From positions 124,001-188,000 of the IMG/VR virus record IMGVR_UViG_3300033997_000136: a stretch of DNA of 64,000 nucleotides. One strand, written 5' to 3'. The first letter of the stretch is position 1; every line of letters starts with the position of its first letter. The position numbers and the translations under genes were made by a program. Shown here in pieces: positions 9,470 through 17,683 of this stretch. The notes under the pieces are model-generated. The model searched no databases, was not told the origin of the DNA, and was given only the letters and a program-made list of their open reading frames with translations.

Positions 9470-9657
9470 GACTCTATCTCCAACGATTGAATTAACATTA
9501 ATAGTTGATTATCTATGTCAGTTAACTGTTGATTCAGGGTTTGTTTTGCACCGCGACCTAAAGGAAGTCGGTGATTTAATGTACTTAAGAATGAAATCGA
9601 TTCACTGAGTTTATGTTCGATTTGTTCAATCTCATTATTAAATAAATTGGTATCCAT
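9466..9657 (-). CDS. Small hypothetical protein (coiled-coil-like)
   Basis: 63-aa ORF with an AGGTG RBS, directly after the 9686 hairpin. Confidence 0.55.
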   Translation of the reverse strand: MDTNLFNNEIEQIEHKLSESISFLSTLNHRLPLGRGAKQTLNQQLTDIDNQLLMLIQSLEIES

Positions 9658-9685
9658 AATACACCTTTTTGTGTAGACATAGAAA

Positions 9686-9709
9686 ACTGGGAGAGCGAAC
9701 TCTCCCAGT
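9686..9709. terminator. Terminator hairpin
   Basis: ACTGGGAGAG-CGAA-CTCTCCCAGT just after the stop of 9718..10755. Confidence 0.7.
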
Positions 9710-9717
9710 GTTAGCTA

Positions 9718-10755
9718 TTAAGCGATAGCAGCTAAGTTTTCTTTCTTCTCAACCACAGCGATAACGTTCACTGCTTCGGAAGCTTCGATTACAATGCTGT
9801 TACCATCTGCAGAGTTACGTACAGATACTACGTCGTTGTAGTAGTGGCCTGATACTTCGTCTTTTACCCACACAGTCACAGCAACGTTCTTGCTGTCAAA
9901 GTTGTGAGTGATGGTGTGCAATACGTTTGCAACAGTAGACTCGTAGCGAGCTACGTTGCCGTTGATAGCTACGCGCAGAGCATCTACTTTTGTAGCGTCA
10001 TCAGCAACAGCTTTCAACTGAGTATCTAAACGACCTAATGCATCAGCTACAGAAGAGCTGGCGTCTAAGTAGTTTGTACCAGTTGGTGTAACGTAGTTAC
10101 CAGATGCATCCAGGCCAACAGCGGCTTTTACAGCAGCCATCTGAGTTAACAGAGTAGATACTGAAGAACTTAAGTTGGTTAACTGAGTGCGAACAGCAGC
10201 AGCTAAACGAACAGTGAATCCGGTGTCGGAAGAACCAGTGACTTCAACTTCATCAGCAGTACCTTGTACTTCTGAGTTGCTGTTGTCAATAACGTCATAA
10301 CCACCTAAGCTGTTGAACAGAACACCGTCTTTTGCTTTAACAAATTTGGTGTCTGCAGCTAACGTGACATAACCGTCGCCAGTGGCTTTGTAGTAATGGC
10401 CTGATTCACCGTTTAAGGTGCCTAAGTCAAACGCAGAACCCGTATCGGCACCTGGAGTGATAGTACCACGGTAAGAGAACGCAGCACCTAATGCAGCGAT
10501 TTCACTGTCAACGTACGAACGTAACTCTGTGTCTAAATCAGCAATTGCTGCTTCTAATTCAGAGGTATCGCCGATAGCGATGGCAGTTGGGTTACCAGTT
10601 ACTAATTTACTGTACTTGATAACACCTTCAGTCGTGTTGAACCAAATACGTGGTACAGTTAACGGTGTTGGGTCGGCAGCTAACTGCTCTGGTACTAAGT
10701 TATAGAACTGAGAACCAGCAGCTAAACGAATATTGTGAAACTCAATAGGACGCAT
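9718..10755 (-). CDS. Virion/tail fibre-associated structural protein
   Basis: Strong codon bias (TTC, AAC, GCT, TAC); coiled-coil segments; YVTPTGTNYLD; C-terminal HTITHNFD beta module. Confidence 0.6.
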   Translation of the reverse strand: MRPIEFHNIRLAAGSQFYNLVPEQLAADPTPLTVPRIWFNTTEGVIKYSKLVTGNPTAIAIGDTSELEAAIADLDTELRSYVDSEIAALGAAFSYRGTITPGADTGSAFDLGTLNGESGHYYKATGDGYVTLAADTKFVKAKDGVLFNSLGGYDVIDNSNSEVQGTADEVEVTGSSDTGFTVRLAAAVRTQLTNLSSSVSTLLTQMAAVKAAVGLDASGNYVTPTGTNYLDASSSVADALGRLDTQLKAVADDATKVDALRVAINGNVARYESTVANVLHTITHNFDSKNVAVTVWVKDEVSGHYYNDVVSVRNSADGNSIVIEASEAVNVIAVVEKKENLAAIA

Positions 10756-10874
10756 TGAAGATACCTCATGCTAAACAATTTATGGTGAGGAAACAGTCAT
10801 CTGCTTCCCTTACTGTATTCGGTGAACTTACAAACCAACTTTAAAAAAACCTCATACATAGGATTTGTCGTATT

Positions 10875-11459
10875 TTATTCGATAACTTCGCCTAAAACCG
10901 TTTCCCATGAAAGTGGGTGTGCATACGCAGATGTTTCCACCGAAACAACATCTTTCGTTTCATTACGTGTCACTTCACAGCGCAATGTATTTTTTGTGTT
11001 GGTAAAAGCTAAACCGCTTTCTGGTGTATAAAGTGCGACGTGTGATGCTTGAACCACAGAGTGTCCCTTAATAGAGAACACACTTGTATTTCGAAGAATG
11101 TTACGCGCCATCGTAGATTCAAATGTAGGAGTTAGCTTATGTGCTAATACTACACTTAAAAAATGTTCCATGACTTTTGTCAATAGAAAATCAATATCAA
11201 TATTTGCCACTGGAATGTTAAAACAAAACTGAACTTCACCGGTGTTATCAGATTTGTAAAATGGTGCATTTAAGAAAACAGTGCCGTCGGTTGGTTTCTC
11301 CGACAACATCTTCATCGAGTACACCACATGACGGACATGTATGGGTGCTGGATAAGTGAAGATTTTAATTTCATAAGGTTTAAAATACTGCAACCCTATT
11401 TTTTTATTCATGTACACCATTTGTCGTGCTAAAAATAAACCGTGGTCAAAGGTTTCCAT
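10875..11459 (-). CDS. Hypothetical protein
   Basis: 194-aa ORF with a GAGG RBS; no recognised motif. Confidence 0.6.
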   Translation of the reverse strand: METFDHGLFLARQMVYMNKKIGLQYFKPYEIKIFTYPAPIHVRHVVYSMKMLSEKPTDGTVFLNAPFYKSDNTGEVQFCFNIPVANIDIDFLLTKVMEHFLSVVLAHKLTPTFESTMARNILRNTSVFSIKGHSVVQASHVALYTPESGLAFTNTKNTLRCEVTRNETKDVVSVETSAYAHPLSWETVLGEVIE

Positions 11460-11481
11460 TTAATTCCTCACAAAAGAAAAA

Positions 11482-11507
11482 TAGGAGAGGGGAATTCCCC
11501 TCTCCTA
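11482..11507. terminator. Perfect 26-bp palindrome / terminator
   Basis: TAGGAGAGGGGAATTCCCCTCTCCTA immediately after the stop of 11511..13559. Confidence 0.75.
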
Positions 11508-11510
11508 GTG

Positions 11511-13559
11511 TTAATAAGGTACGTAAAACGTGACATATGCCACTAACGTCCGAGCTTCAGTTAACGTGATTGTTATCTGGTTTGAATTCGTTGTATCAAT
11601 CGAGGCAAAGATTGGATTGTTATCAATCGCATCTTTTAACACCACCGAGTAATCTTCCGTATTCATGTTGTGTGTGATACTTATGGTCTCAGTATCTGCT
11701 GAGGTAAAACGACGTGTAATTGCACGAACGTAAGATGCGTCACGTACATCATTAAATGGGTTTTGCAATTTACTTTTCAGCAATTGAACACCCACATACG
11801 CTTGTGTATTTGTATCGTAATCTTCAACTGTTCCCAATCTCAGATTTTCCACACTACCAAGACCCACCTGTGCTTTTGTTACAGCATGTGGATTCTCTTG
11901 ATTTGAAATGTGGTTTGTAATCTGTGTTTGAATTGGGTTAAACCATTGCAATAACACACTTGGCGTTAAATACGTTGTGTTACTATTCTGAGTTACATCA
12001 GTTGCCGTTGCAACAGCATAGTTTTGTACTAATCCTAATCCCACTTGGTCTTTAGTGACTTGGTGTGGATTGTCTCTAGCATCAACGTGAGTGGTTATTG
12101 TTGTTGCAACAAACGAGACCATAGCTTCTTTCACACGAAGTGGAGTCATGTAACTTGCGTTATCAGTACCCGCTTCAGCCACAACTTTTGTTGCAACCGC
12201 GTAGTTCTCTACGCTACCTAATCCCACTTGCGCCTTTGTAGTCGCATGTGGATTATCGGTGCGTTGAGTGTGAGCAGTCAATGGAGTAATGGCTTGTAAA
12301 ACAATGGCTTCACTGACTCGAAGTGGAGTCATGTATTTTGTGTTACTAGCTCCTTCTTCAGCTTCTTGTTTTGTAGCCACACCGTAGTTTTCAACATCAC
12401 TTAACCCCACTTGAGTCTTAGTCACTTGGTGAGGGTTATTTGTACTATTGATGTGAGACGATGTATCAGTTAAACGACCGTTAACAAAAGCAACGACACC
12501 CGCAGGTGTTGCGTAATGTGTGGTACTACCAGAGGTGTAATCGTCAATACCTGCTATTTCAAAGTTTTGAACATTACCTAAACCTACCTGAGTTTTGGTC
12601 GTGTTGTGTGGGTTACTTGTACTACTAATGTGTTGTACAATGGCTAAACCACTACCCGCAGCAAAATACGTCGCAAGAGACGCAGGTGTCATGTATTTAT
12701 CAGATGGAAGTGTTGTGCCACTCATGTCTGATGTACTTGCGATACCGTAGTTCTGAACGTTACTTAACCCCACTTGAGTTTTAGTGGTCTCATGTGGATT
12801 GTTCTTATCAGCGACGTGTTCTGCAACACCACCTTCAGAGAGCTGTGCAATTAATGAACGAGTTAATGAAGGTGTCATTAGCTTGTCTTGTGCACCAGCG
12901 CCATCTAAATCAGATAACAATGCTACTGCAAAGTTAGGCACATTGCCAAGACCTACTTGCTCTTTAGTGACTTGGTGAGGGTTAGCTAAGTTGTTGATGT
13001 GCTCGTCAGGAGTTTGACCACCTGTGTTTCCAGTGATAGCTTCTGCTAAGTTGTGAATACTTTCAACCAACTCAGTCGCACCTACCATGTCATCTAAATC
13101 CCACTCGTGGTCGATGACAGGGAAACCATACGGTAGTTCTTGAACTTCTTCCCATGCAGTGATACGTGGGTTTACTGCGTTGCTTAGCAGCAATTCTAAC
13201 GCACGTGCTTCATCAATCTGCCAATCACCACCTAAGTAACGAATACGTTCAACAGCGATTGTACCTGCAAGTGTTCTATCTAAAATACAGATAGCACCAT
13301 ATACAGGTTTTGCAGTAGCACGTGATGCACTAACAAACGGCCAACCTAAGTGGTAATCTACACCGTTCACTAGTTGACGACCAGATGGGTAATGGACTAG
13401 CTTTAAATCACGTTCAAAGAAAGGACCAGACTTTGGTACGATGAAATAAAAATCAGGAGTCACATCCGGTGGAGCAATGATGTGCTGTTCATCGGTGCGA
13501 ACGTTTGACGCAGCCGTCCCGGTAGGGTCAAACGGGTAACGTAAAGTAATATCAGACAT
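11511..13559 (-). CDS. Tail fibre protein with phiKZ gp145/146-like N-terminal anchor
   Basis: YPFDPTGTAASN..DEQH..FIVPKSGPFF..GVDY N-terminus typical of phiKZ-like fibres; seven NPHxxTKxQVGL repeats. Confidence 0.85.
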   Translation of the reverse strand: MSDITLRYPFDPTGTAASNVRTDEQHIIAPPDVTPDFYFIVPKSGPFFERDLKLVHYPSGRQLVNGVDYHLGWPFVSASRATAKPVYGAICILDRTLAGTIAVERIRYLGGDWQIDEARALELLLSNAVNPRITAWEEVQELPYGFPVIDHEWDLDDMVGATELVESIHNLAEAITGNTGGQTPDEHINNLANPHQVTKEQVGLGNVPNFAVALLSDLDGAGAQDKLMTPSLTRSLIAQLSEGGVAEHVADKNNPHETTKTQVGLSNVQNYGIASTSDMSGTTLPSDKYMTPASLATYFAAGSGLAIVQHISSTSNPHNTTKTQVGLGNVQNFEIAGIDDYTSGSTTHYATPAGVVAFVNGRLTDTSSHINSTNNPHQVTKTQVGLSDVENYGVATKQEAEEGASNTKYMTPLRVSEAIVLQAITPLTAHTQRTDNPHATTKAQVGLGSVENYAVATKVVAEAGTDNASYMTPLRVKEAMVSFVATTITTHVDARDNPHQVTKDQVGLGLVQNYAVATATDVTQNSNTTYLTPSVLLQWFNPIQTQITNHISNQENPHAVTKAQVGLGSVENLRLGTVEDYDTNTQAYVGVQLLKSKLQNPFNDVRDASYVRAITRRFTSADTETISITHNMNTEDYSVVLKDAIDNNPIFASIDTTNSNQITITLTEARTLVAYVTFYVPY

Positions 13560-13651
13560 AGTTCAGACCTCAACCGGTGCTGGGTTTTAATAAATGATAT
13601 AGTCTGTTTTAAAGACTCCATACCATAACGACCACTTCATTGGAGCTGCTT

Positions 13652-14887
13652 ATGTATAGTTATGTCAGCGCTTTAGGAATTTTGAATCAGCGGAACAGTC
13701 GTTGGACTGACGTTGATTTACAAAACGTTCCTTTTAGCCACATATTTGAACACTACAAAGATGTGATTGTGCATCTTTCTAACCCACATATAAGCGAAGT
13801 GGTACATATTCGTTTAGCTTTTTTTATTGACAAACAGGTTGCAGTCAATCAGACGATAAACCAGTGGCTCGTGTCAAATGGTTCAAACACAATAAATGCA
13901 ACACCGGGTGTGATTGAATTAAAGCCAAAAACTGTCTTGTATAAAGATGCAGTGCAGGCTGATTTTACGATACGTCCTGTGAAGATGGGAACGCATCACG
14001 ACATTGACTGGCCACTCGATGTAGCCAGAGATTTGTTGTTGATAAAAGAAAACGTTGATTATTTAGACATGTACAATCATTGTCTTGTCACTGTCAACGG
14101 ACTCCTTCATCGAACTTCATTTAGCGTGAATGGTTTGTATGTTGTGGACGGCGCATACTCTCGTACCTTGTGTAACGATGTCAATGTGGGTATACTTAAC
14201 TTCAAAGACGTAGGTGGTCTTGAATTTGTTAACCTACGGTCTGATATGTTGTTCTCACCTAAACCAGATAACAAGCTGTACAATCGAGCATATATTAAAT
14301 CCCCAGTTCCACTGAATGATAAAGTTGTTTTATTATCATTAGGTGGTTATCTACATGTGCTTGATAATGTATACCGGGTTATTGGTGACAACACCATGGT
14401 GATTGACTTTAACAATCTACCCATACTTGAACGTTACTTTGAAAGTTGTAAGGTGATAGATTTATCATCGTTGCAGCTAAGTAAAAGTTCTCGAAATAAA
14501 GACCAAGTGGTTGTAGATGAATTAATTGCTAATGAAGATACCATTCGACGTTACATTGATTTATCGCAATCGTTTTTAATTTTAGTGGACACGCCTAGTT
14601 TTTACAAAACAATGCATTTGTTAAAACCGGGTGTGACTACTGGAAGTTTTGTCACTCCCCTGTTACCTAAATGGCCGTTACGTACGTTAAATGGCAAATT
14701 GATGGAGTATTACTCCCGTCAAGATAACGAATTGTTTATGCTGCATTGCACCAGCTATTTAATTCCTAACTATCAATTTACAACCACCCACTGGCAAGAG
14801 TTAACCAGTGTGTCTAACAGCGCAGTTCCATTTGAACCTGTAGTGAAAGACCGTGGTTTCTTTTTAGAGATGGGGCGAGACTTTTAA
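13652..14887 (+). CDS. Conserved phiKZ-like virion structural protein
   Basis: ATG after GGAG. CLVTVNGLLH, VGILNF and LSLGGYLH motifs are recalled from phiKZ-like virion proteins found near the spike genes. Confidence 0.6.
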   Translation: MYSYVSALGILNQRNSRWTDVDLQNVPFSHIFEHYKDVIVHLSNPHISEVVHIRLAFFIDKQVAVNQTINQWLVSNGSNTINATPGVIELKPKTVLYKDAVQADFTIRPVKMGTHHDIDWPLDVARDLLLIKENVDYLDMYNHCLVTVNGLLHRTSFSVNGLYVVDGAYSRTLCNDVNVGILNFKDVGGLEFVNLRSDMLFSPKPDNKLYNRAYIKSPVPLNDKVVLLSLGGYLHVLDNVYRVIGDNTMVIDFNNLPILERYFESCKVIDLSSLQLSKSSRNKDQVVVDELIANEDTIRRYIDLSQSFLILVDTPSFYKTMHLLKPGVTTGSFVTPLLPKWPLRTLNGKLMEYYSRQDNELFMLHCTSYLIPNYQFTTTHWQELTSVSNSAVPFEPVVKDRGFFLEMGRDF

Positions 14888-14889
14888 TT

Positions 14890-14911
14890 GGAGAGGACAT
14901 TTGTCCTCTCC
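14890..14911. terminator. Terminator hairpin
   Basis: GGAGAGGACA-TT-TGTCCTCTCC followed by TTTATT. Confidence 0.7.
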
Positions 14912-14937
14912 TTTATTCCCTAATGTGTGGTGGATGT

Positions 14938-15456
14938 ATGTTAGAATTTACACCTGTTGTGTTTTCAAAAACGTTGATGTATGACAATTTAACGCTGTTT
15001 GCAAATAACCCACAATGGACATGGAACGCAACCTACGGTTGGCGACGTGATGTTAACGCAGGTGATACTGAGTTTATGGTGGAGGTAGGGTATATCCCTG
15101 TTCCAATAAATCGTATTCGTAAATTAAAACAAATTGAAGCATTGTTTTCATCGTTTTACAATACACCTGAAAATTGTTTAGGTACAAACATCTTGAAGAT
15201 TAATTTTCAAGATGGGACATTTAAGTACATTGGAACAAGTGATAGCCATTCTGATGGAGCCAAAGGTCAATTCATGTACAATGGTGATTTACCTGATGAA
15301 TCGTTAACTCCGACTAATGTTATCAATCGCGTTATTCGTTACACTATCCCACTTGATAAAACACCAGTTTCCATTGGTTTAATCTCAAGTGGGTTTTATG
15401 CCATTTACCCATTTACATTACGCGGATTTAAAGATTTAAAACTTACATTCTGGTGA
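14938..15456 (+). CDS. Hypothetical protein
   Basis: Beta-rich ORF; likely start at ATG 14938; no recognised family. Confidence 0.6.
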   Translation: MLEFTPVVFSKTLMYDNLTLFANNPQWTWNATYGWRRDVNAGDTEFMVEVGYIPVPINRIRKLKQIEALFSSFYNTPENCLGTNILKINFQDGTFKYIGTSDSHSDGAKGQFMYNGDLPDESLTPTNVINRVIRYTIPLDKTPVSIGLISSGFYAIYPFTLRGFKDLKLTFW

Positions 15457-15461
15457 GGCTT

Positions 15462-16049
15462 ATGTTAGAAAATACGTTACGTTTACGAAGTAAACAATTT
15501 CCTGTCTCTGTTCTGGCACAACAGTGGCCTCAAGATTTAACTGAGATACCTTACTCTGGGGTTTATCACAATGGTCGTCATGTAGGTGAATTTTCAAGGA
15601 ACTGGCATTTGTTTTGCTGGAATCCACGTGTGGGTCGATGGGCAGATGTTCCTAACCCATCCAACCCACTACGCATGTATTACGGTGAACGTGGATTAAC
15701 TATCTGTAATTACGATACGACTGGATTTGATGTAGCTGAAGGGAAGATAGAACAACAGATGGCTGCGTTTTGTACTGCGTTTGATAGCATCCCCAATCAT
15801 TACTTAATATTTGTTGCAGCTTCACACTACACCACATCGGGTACGTTAAACGATGCAATGAAAACGCGACTAATTTCAATTGGAGTTCCCTCTGAAACAT
15901 TAGCGTGGCAAAATGCAGGACAAGATGCTAAATTTAATCAGGTAATGGCAGGATTTAAGGGAAGTGCACCGGGACAATGTTTAGCCAATGCACAAAACAA
16001 TGCGGTTGAAAATGGTGTGACTGCAGCATGGAGTCATTTTAGATTGTAA
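15462..16049 (+). CDS. Hypothetical protein
   Basis: ATG after a GAGG RBS; ends before the 16061 hairpin. Confidence 0.6.
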   Translation: MLENTLRLRSKQFPVSVLAQQWPQDLTEIPYSGVYHNGRHVGEFSRNWHLFCWNPRVGRWADVPNPSNPLRMYYGERGLTICNYDTTGFDVAEGKIEQQMAAFCTAFDSIPNHYLIFVAASHYTTSGTLNDAMKTRLISIGVPSETLAWQNAGQDAKFNQVMAGFKGSAPGQCLANAQNNAVENGVTAAWSHFRL

Positions 16050-16060
16050 CGATATAGAAG

Positions 16061-16092
16061 AGAGTAGAGAGGGCACATGCCCTCTCTACTCT
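16061..16092. terminator. Bidirectional terminator hairpin
   Basis: 15-bp stem AGAGTAGAGAGGGCA-CA-TGCCCTCTCTACTCT between convergent genes. Confidence 0.8.
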
Positions 16093-16616
16093 ATATATTC
16101 CACAAATTCAGTTTCACTTCCATCACTGTACTTTTCTTTCACAGTCCATTTAATCTTCTTTACCGCCATGGTTTCAAGATTACGTAAGAATCGGTGGTAG
16201 TACGGTTTACTTTCAACCGTCGTTAAACTCGCTTCTATCGCTTGTTGAAACAAACCCACATTCGCTAATGCGTCATTCTTTACATCAACCGTTTCTACAC
16301 CCCCATGACCAGGGGGTCCTTTCACTAATGCAATTTCACTCCAGAACAATGCGAATGCTTGTGCAAATTCACTTGTAGTGACATGTGTGGTTCTTTGCAA
16401 CACTGACGTTAAGTGAGATGGGTTTCCACCTTCATTGGTTGAACCTAACACGACTCCTTGTTTAGCATAAGCATTATACGCTTGTCCAAAATCAGAAGCA
16501 TATGTACTTATATCAGCTTTTCCATTTGGAATAGGAGTTCCATCTGGATTAATTGCACACGCCTTACACAAAGCCGCTAGAAGCGGCGTAGCGGCTGTTT
16601 GTATTTGAAGGGTCAT
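16086..16616 (-). CDS. Spike-associated baseplate protein (phiKZ gp163-like)
   Basis: Directly downstream of the spike gene; synteny with SbcC as in phiKZ. Confidence 0.5.
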   Translation of the reverse strand: MTLQIQTAATPLLAALCKACAINPDGTPIPNGKADISTYASDFGQAYNAYAKQGVVLGSTNEGGNPSHLTSVLQRTTHVTTSEFAQAFALFWSEIALVKGPPGHGGVETVDVKNDALANVGLFQQAIEASLTTVESKPYYHRFLRNLETMAVKKIKWTVKEKYSDGSETEFVEYIE

Positions 16617-16622
16617 AAGTCC

Positions 16623-17585
16623 TCACTGATTTGTATTGCGCGTACTGTAGGACGCCCCATTAGGTTTTAACGCAGGTACATCAATTTCTCGAACAGCAGC
16701 AATCGTAGATGTTGGAATACCAAGATTACCAATCACTTGTGACGTGTTAATCAACTGTTCTAGTTGAGCATGGGCTTGTGCATGAGTATCACCTAACACT
16801 GATTTCTGAACATGTGCATCTTGTCCAAATTGCATTTTAGGTGCTCTGACGATACAAGGTCCTTCGGAGTCTACTTCCACGCCACCTTTACCCACTACGC
16901 CTTTTACTTTGTTTGGAACATCCACAAAGAGATTCACATCACGCATCTCTATTTTTTGTTCAGAAGCATTCTTTGCCAGAATGATGTCGTTCACAAAATC
17001 CACTTCAATATCCACACCTTCACTATTCGTGAGTGTAAACACCCCATCTCCTGCATTAATCTGTAGTGTTAATGCAAAAGGTTCACCATTGGCTTTTGTG
17101 GTATTGACGGTGATATGTTTACCATCACTAGACATTTCAACGGTGTACATGTTTTTAGATGGGTCTAAATCGGTTTTTGCATCAGGTCGAGCAGCTATGC
17201 CATACACAATCGTTTCTGTTAAACGACGCTCATCAGTACGACCTGGTGTCATCCAGAATAACTGTTTGCTATCACCGTATTTGTAAATCCAGACTTCCTC
17301 ACCTCGACGCACATTCGGTGCAGTAATGCGGTTAGTACCCATAGGTAACCATGTGGCTGGAACGCTGTTGCTAGTGTTTAACGTGATGGTGTAAGTGCTA
17401 CCATCCTCAGATAATCCACTCACCGCTTGTTTTTGTCGATTAGCAGTTAACATACCGTCTGTTAATGATGTTAATTCAATCAATGAAACTTCAATCGTAT
17501 TTGAGTCAGAACCGGGTAACAAATCGGTCAAGACAACAGCAGAACAATGGTAATGCCATGAGTTTATTTTATTTTCAGAAGACAT
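16623..17585 (-). CDS. Baseplate central spike / puncturing protein (phiKZ gp164-like)
   Basis: OB-fold-like start (ATWLPMGTNRITAPNVRRGEEVWIY), beta-helix-like middle, SVLGD C-terminus; divergent from SbcC. Confidence 0.7.
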   Translation of the reverse strand: MSSENKINSWHYHCSAVVLTDLLPGSDSNTIEVSLIELTSLTDGMLTANRQKQAVSGLSEDGSTYTITLNTSNSVPATWLPMGTNRITAPNVRRGEEVWIYKYGDSKQLFWMTPGRTDERRLTETIVYGIAARPDAKTDLDPSKNMYTVEMSSDGKHITVNTTKANGEPFALTLQINAGDGVFTLTNSEGVDIEVDFVNDIILAKNASEQKIEMRDVNLFVDVPNKVKGVVGKGGVEVDSEGPCIVRAPKMQFGQDAHVQKSVLGDTHAQAHAQLEQLINTSQVIGNLGIPTSTIAAVREIDVPALKPNGASYSTRNTNQ

Positions 17586-17683
17586 GTTACTATCTCACAG
17601 TTATAAATGTATCTAGAAGATAGTGGTGGTCTGTCTATCAATATTTACAGTATGTCGTTGTGATATAGTAAAATTAAAGTGGT

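Noticed and set aside
962-13559. Diversity-generating retroelement or invertase-driven fibre switching
   Set aside because: No reverse transcriptase, no adenine-specific TR/VR pair and no site-specific recombinase in the window.
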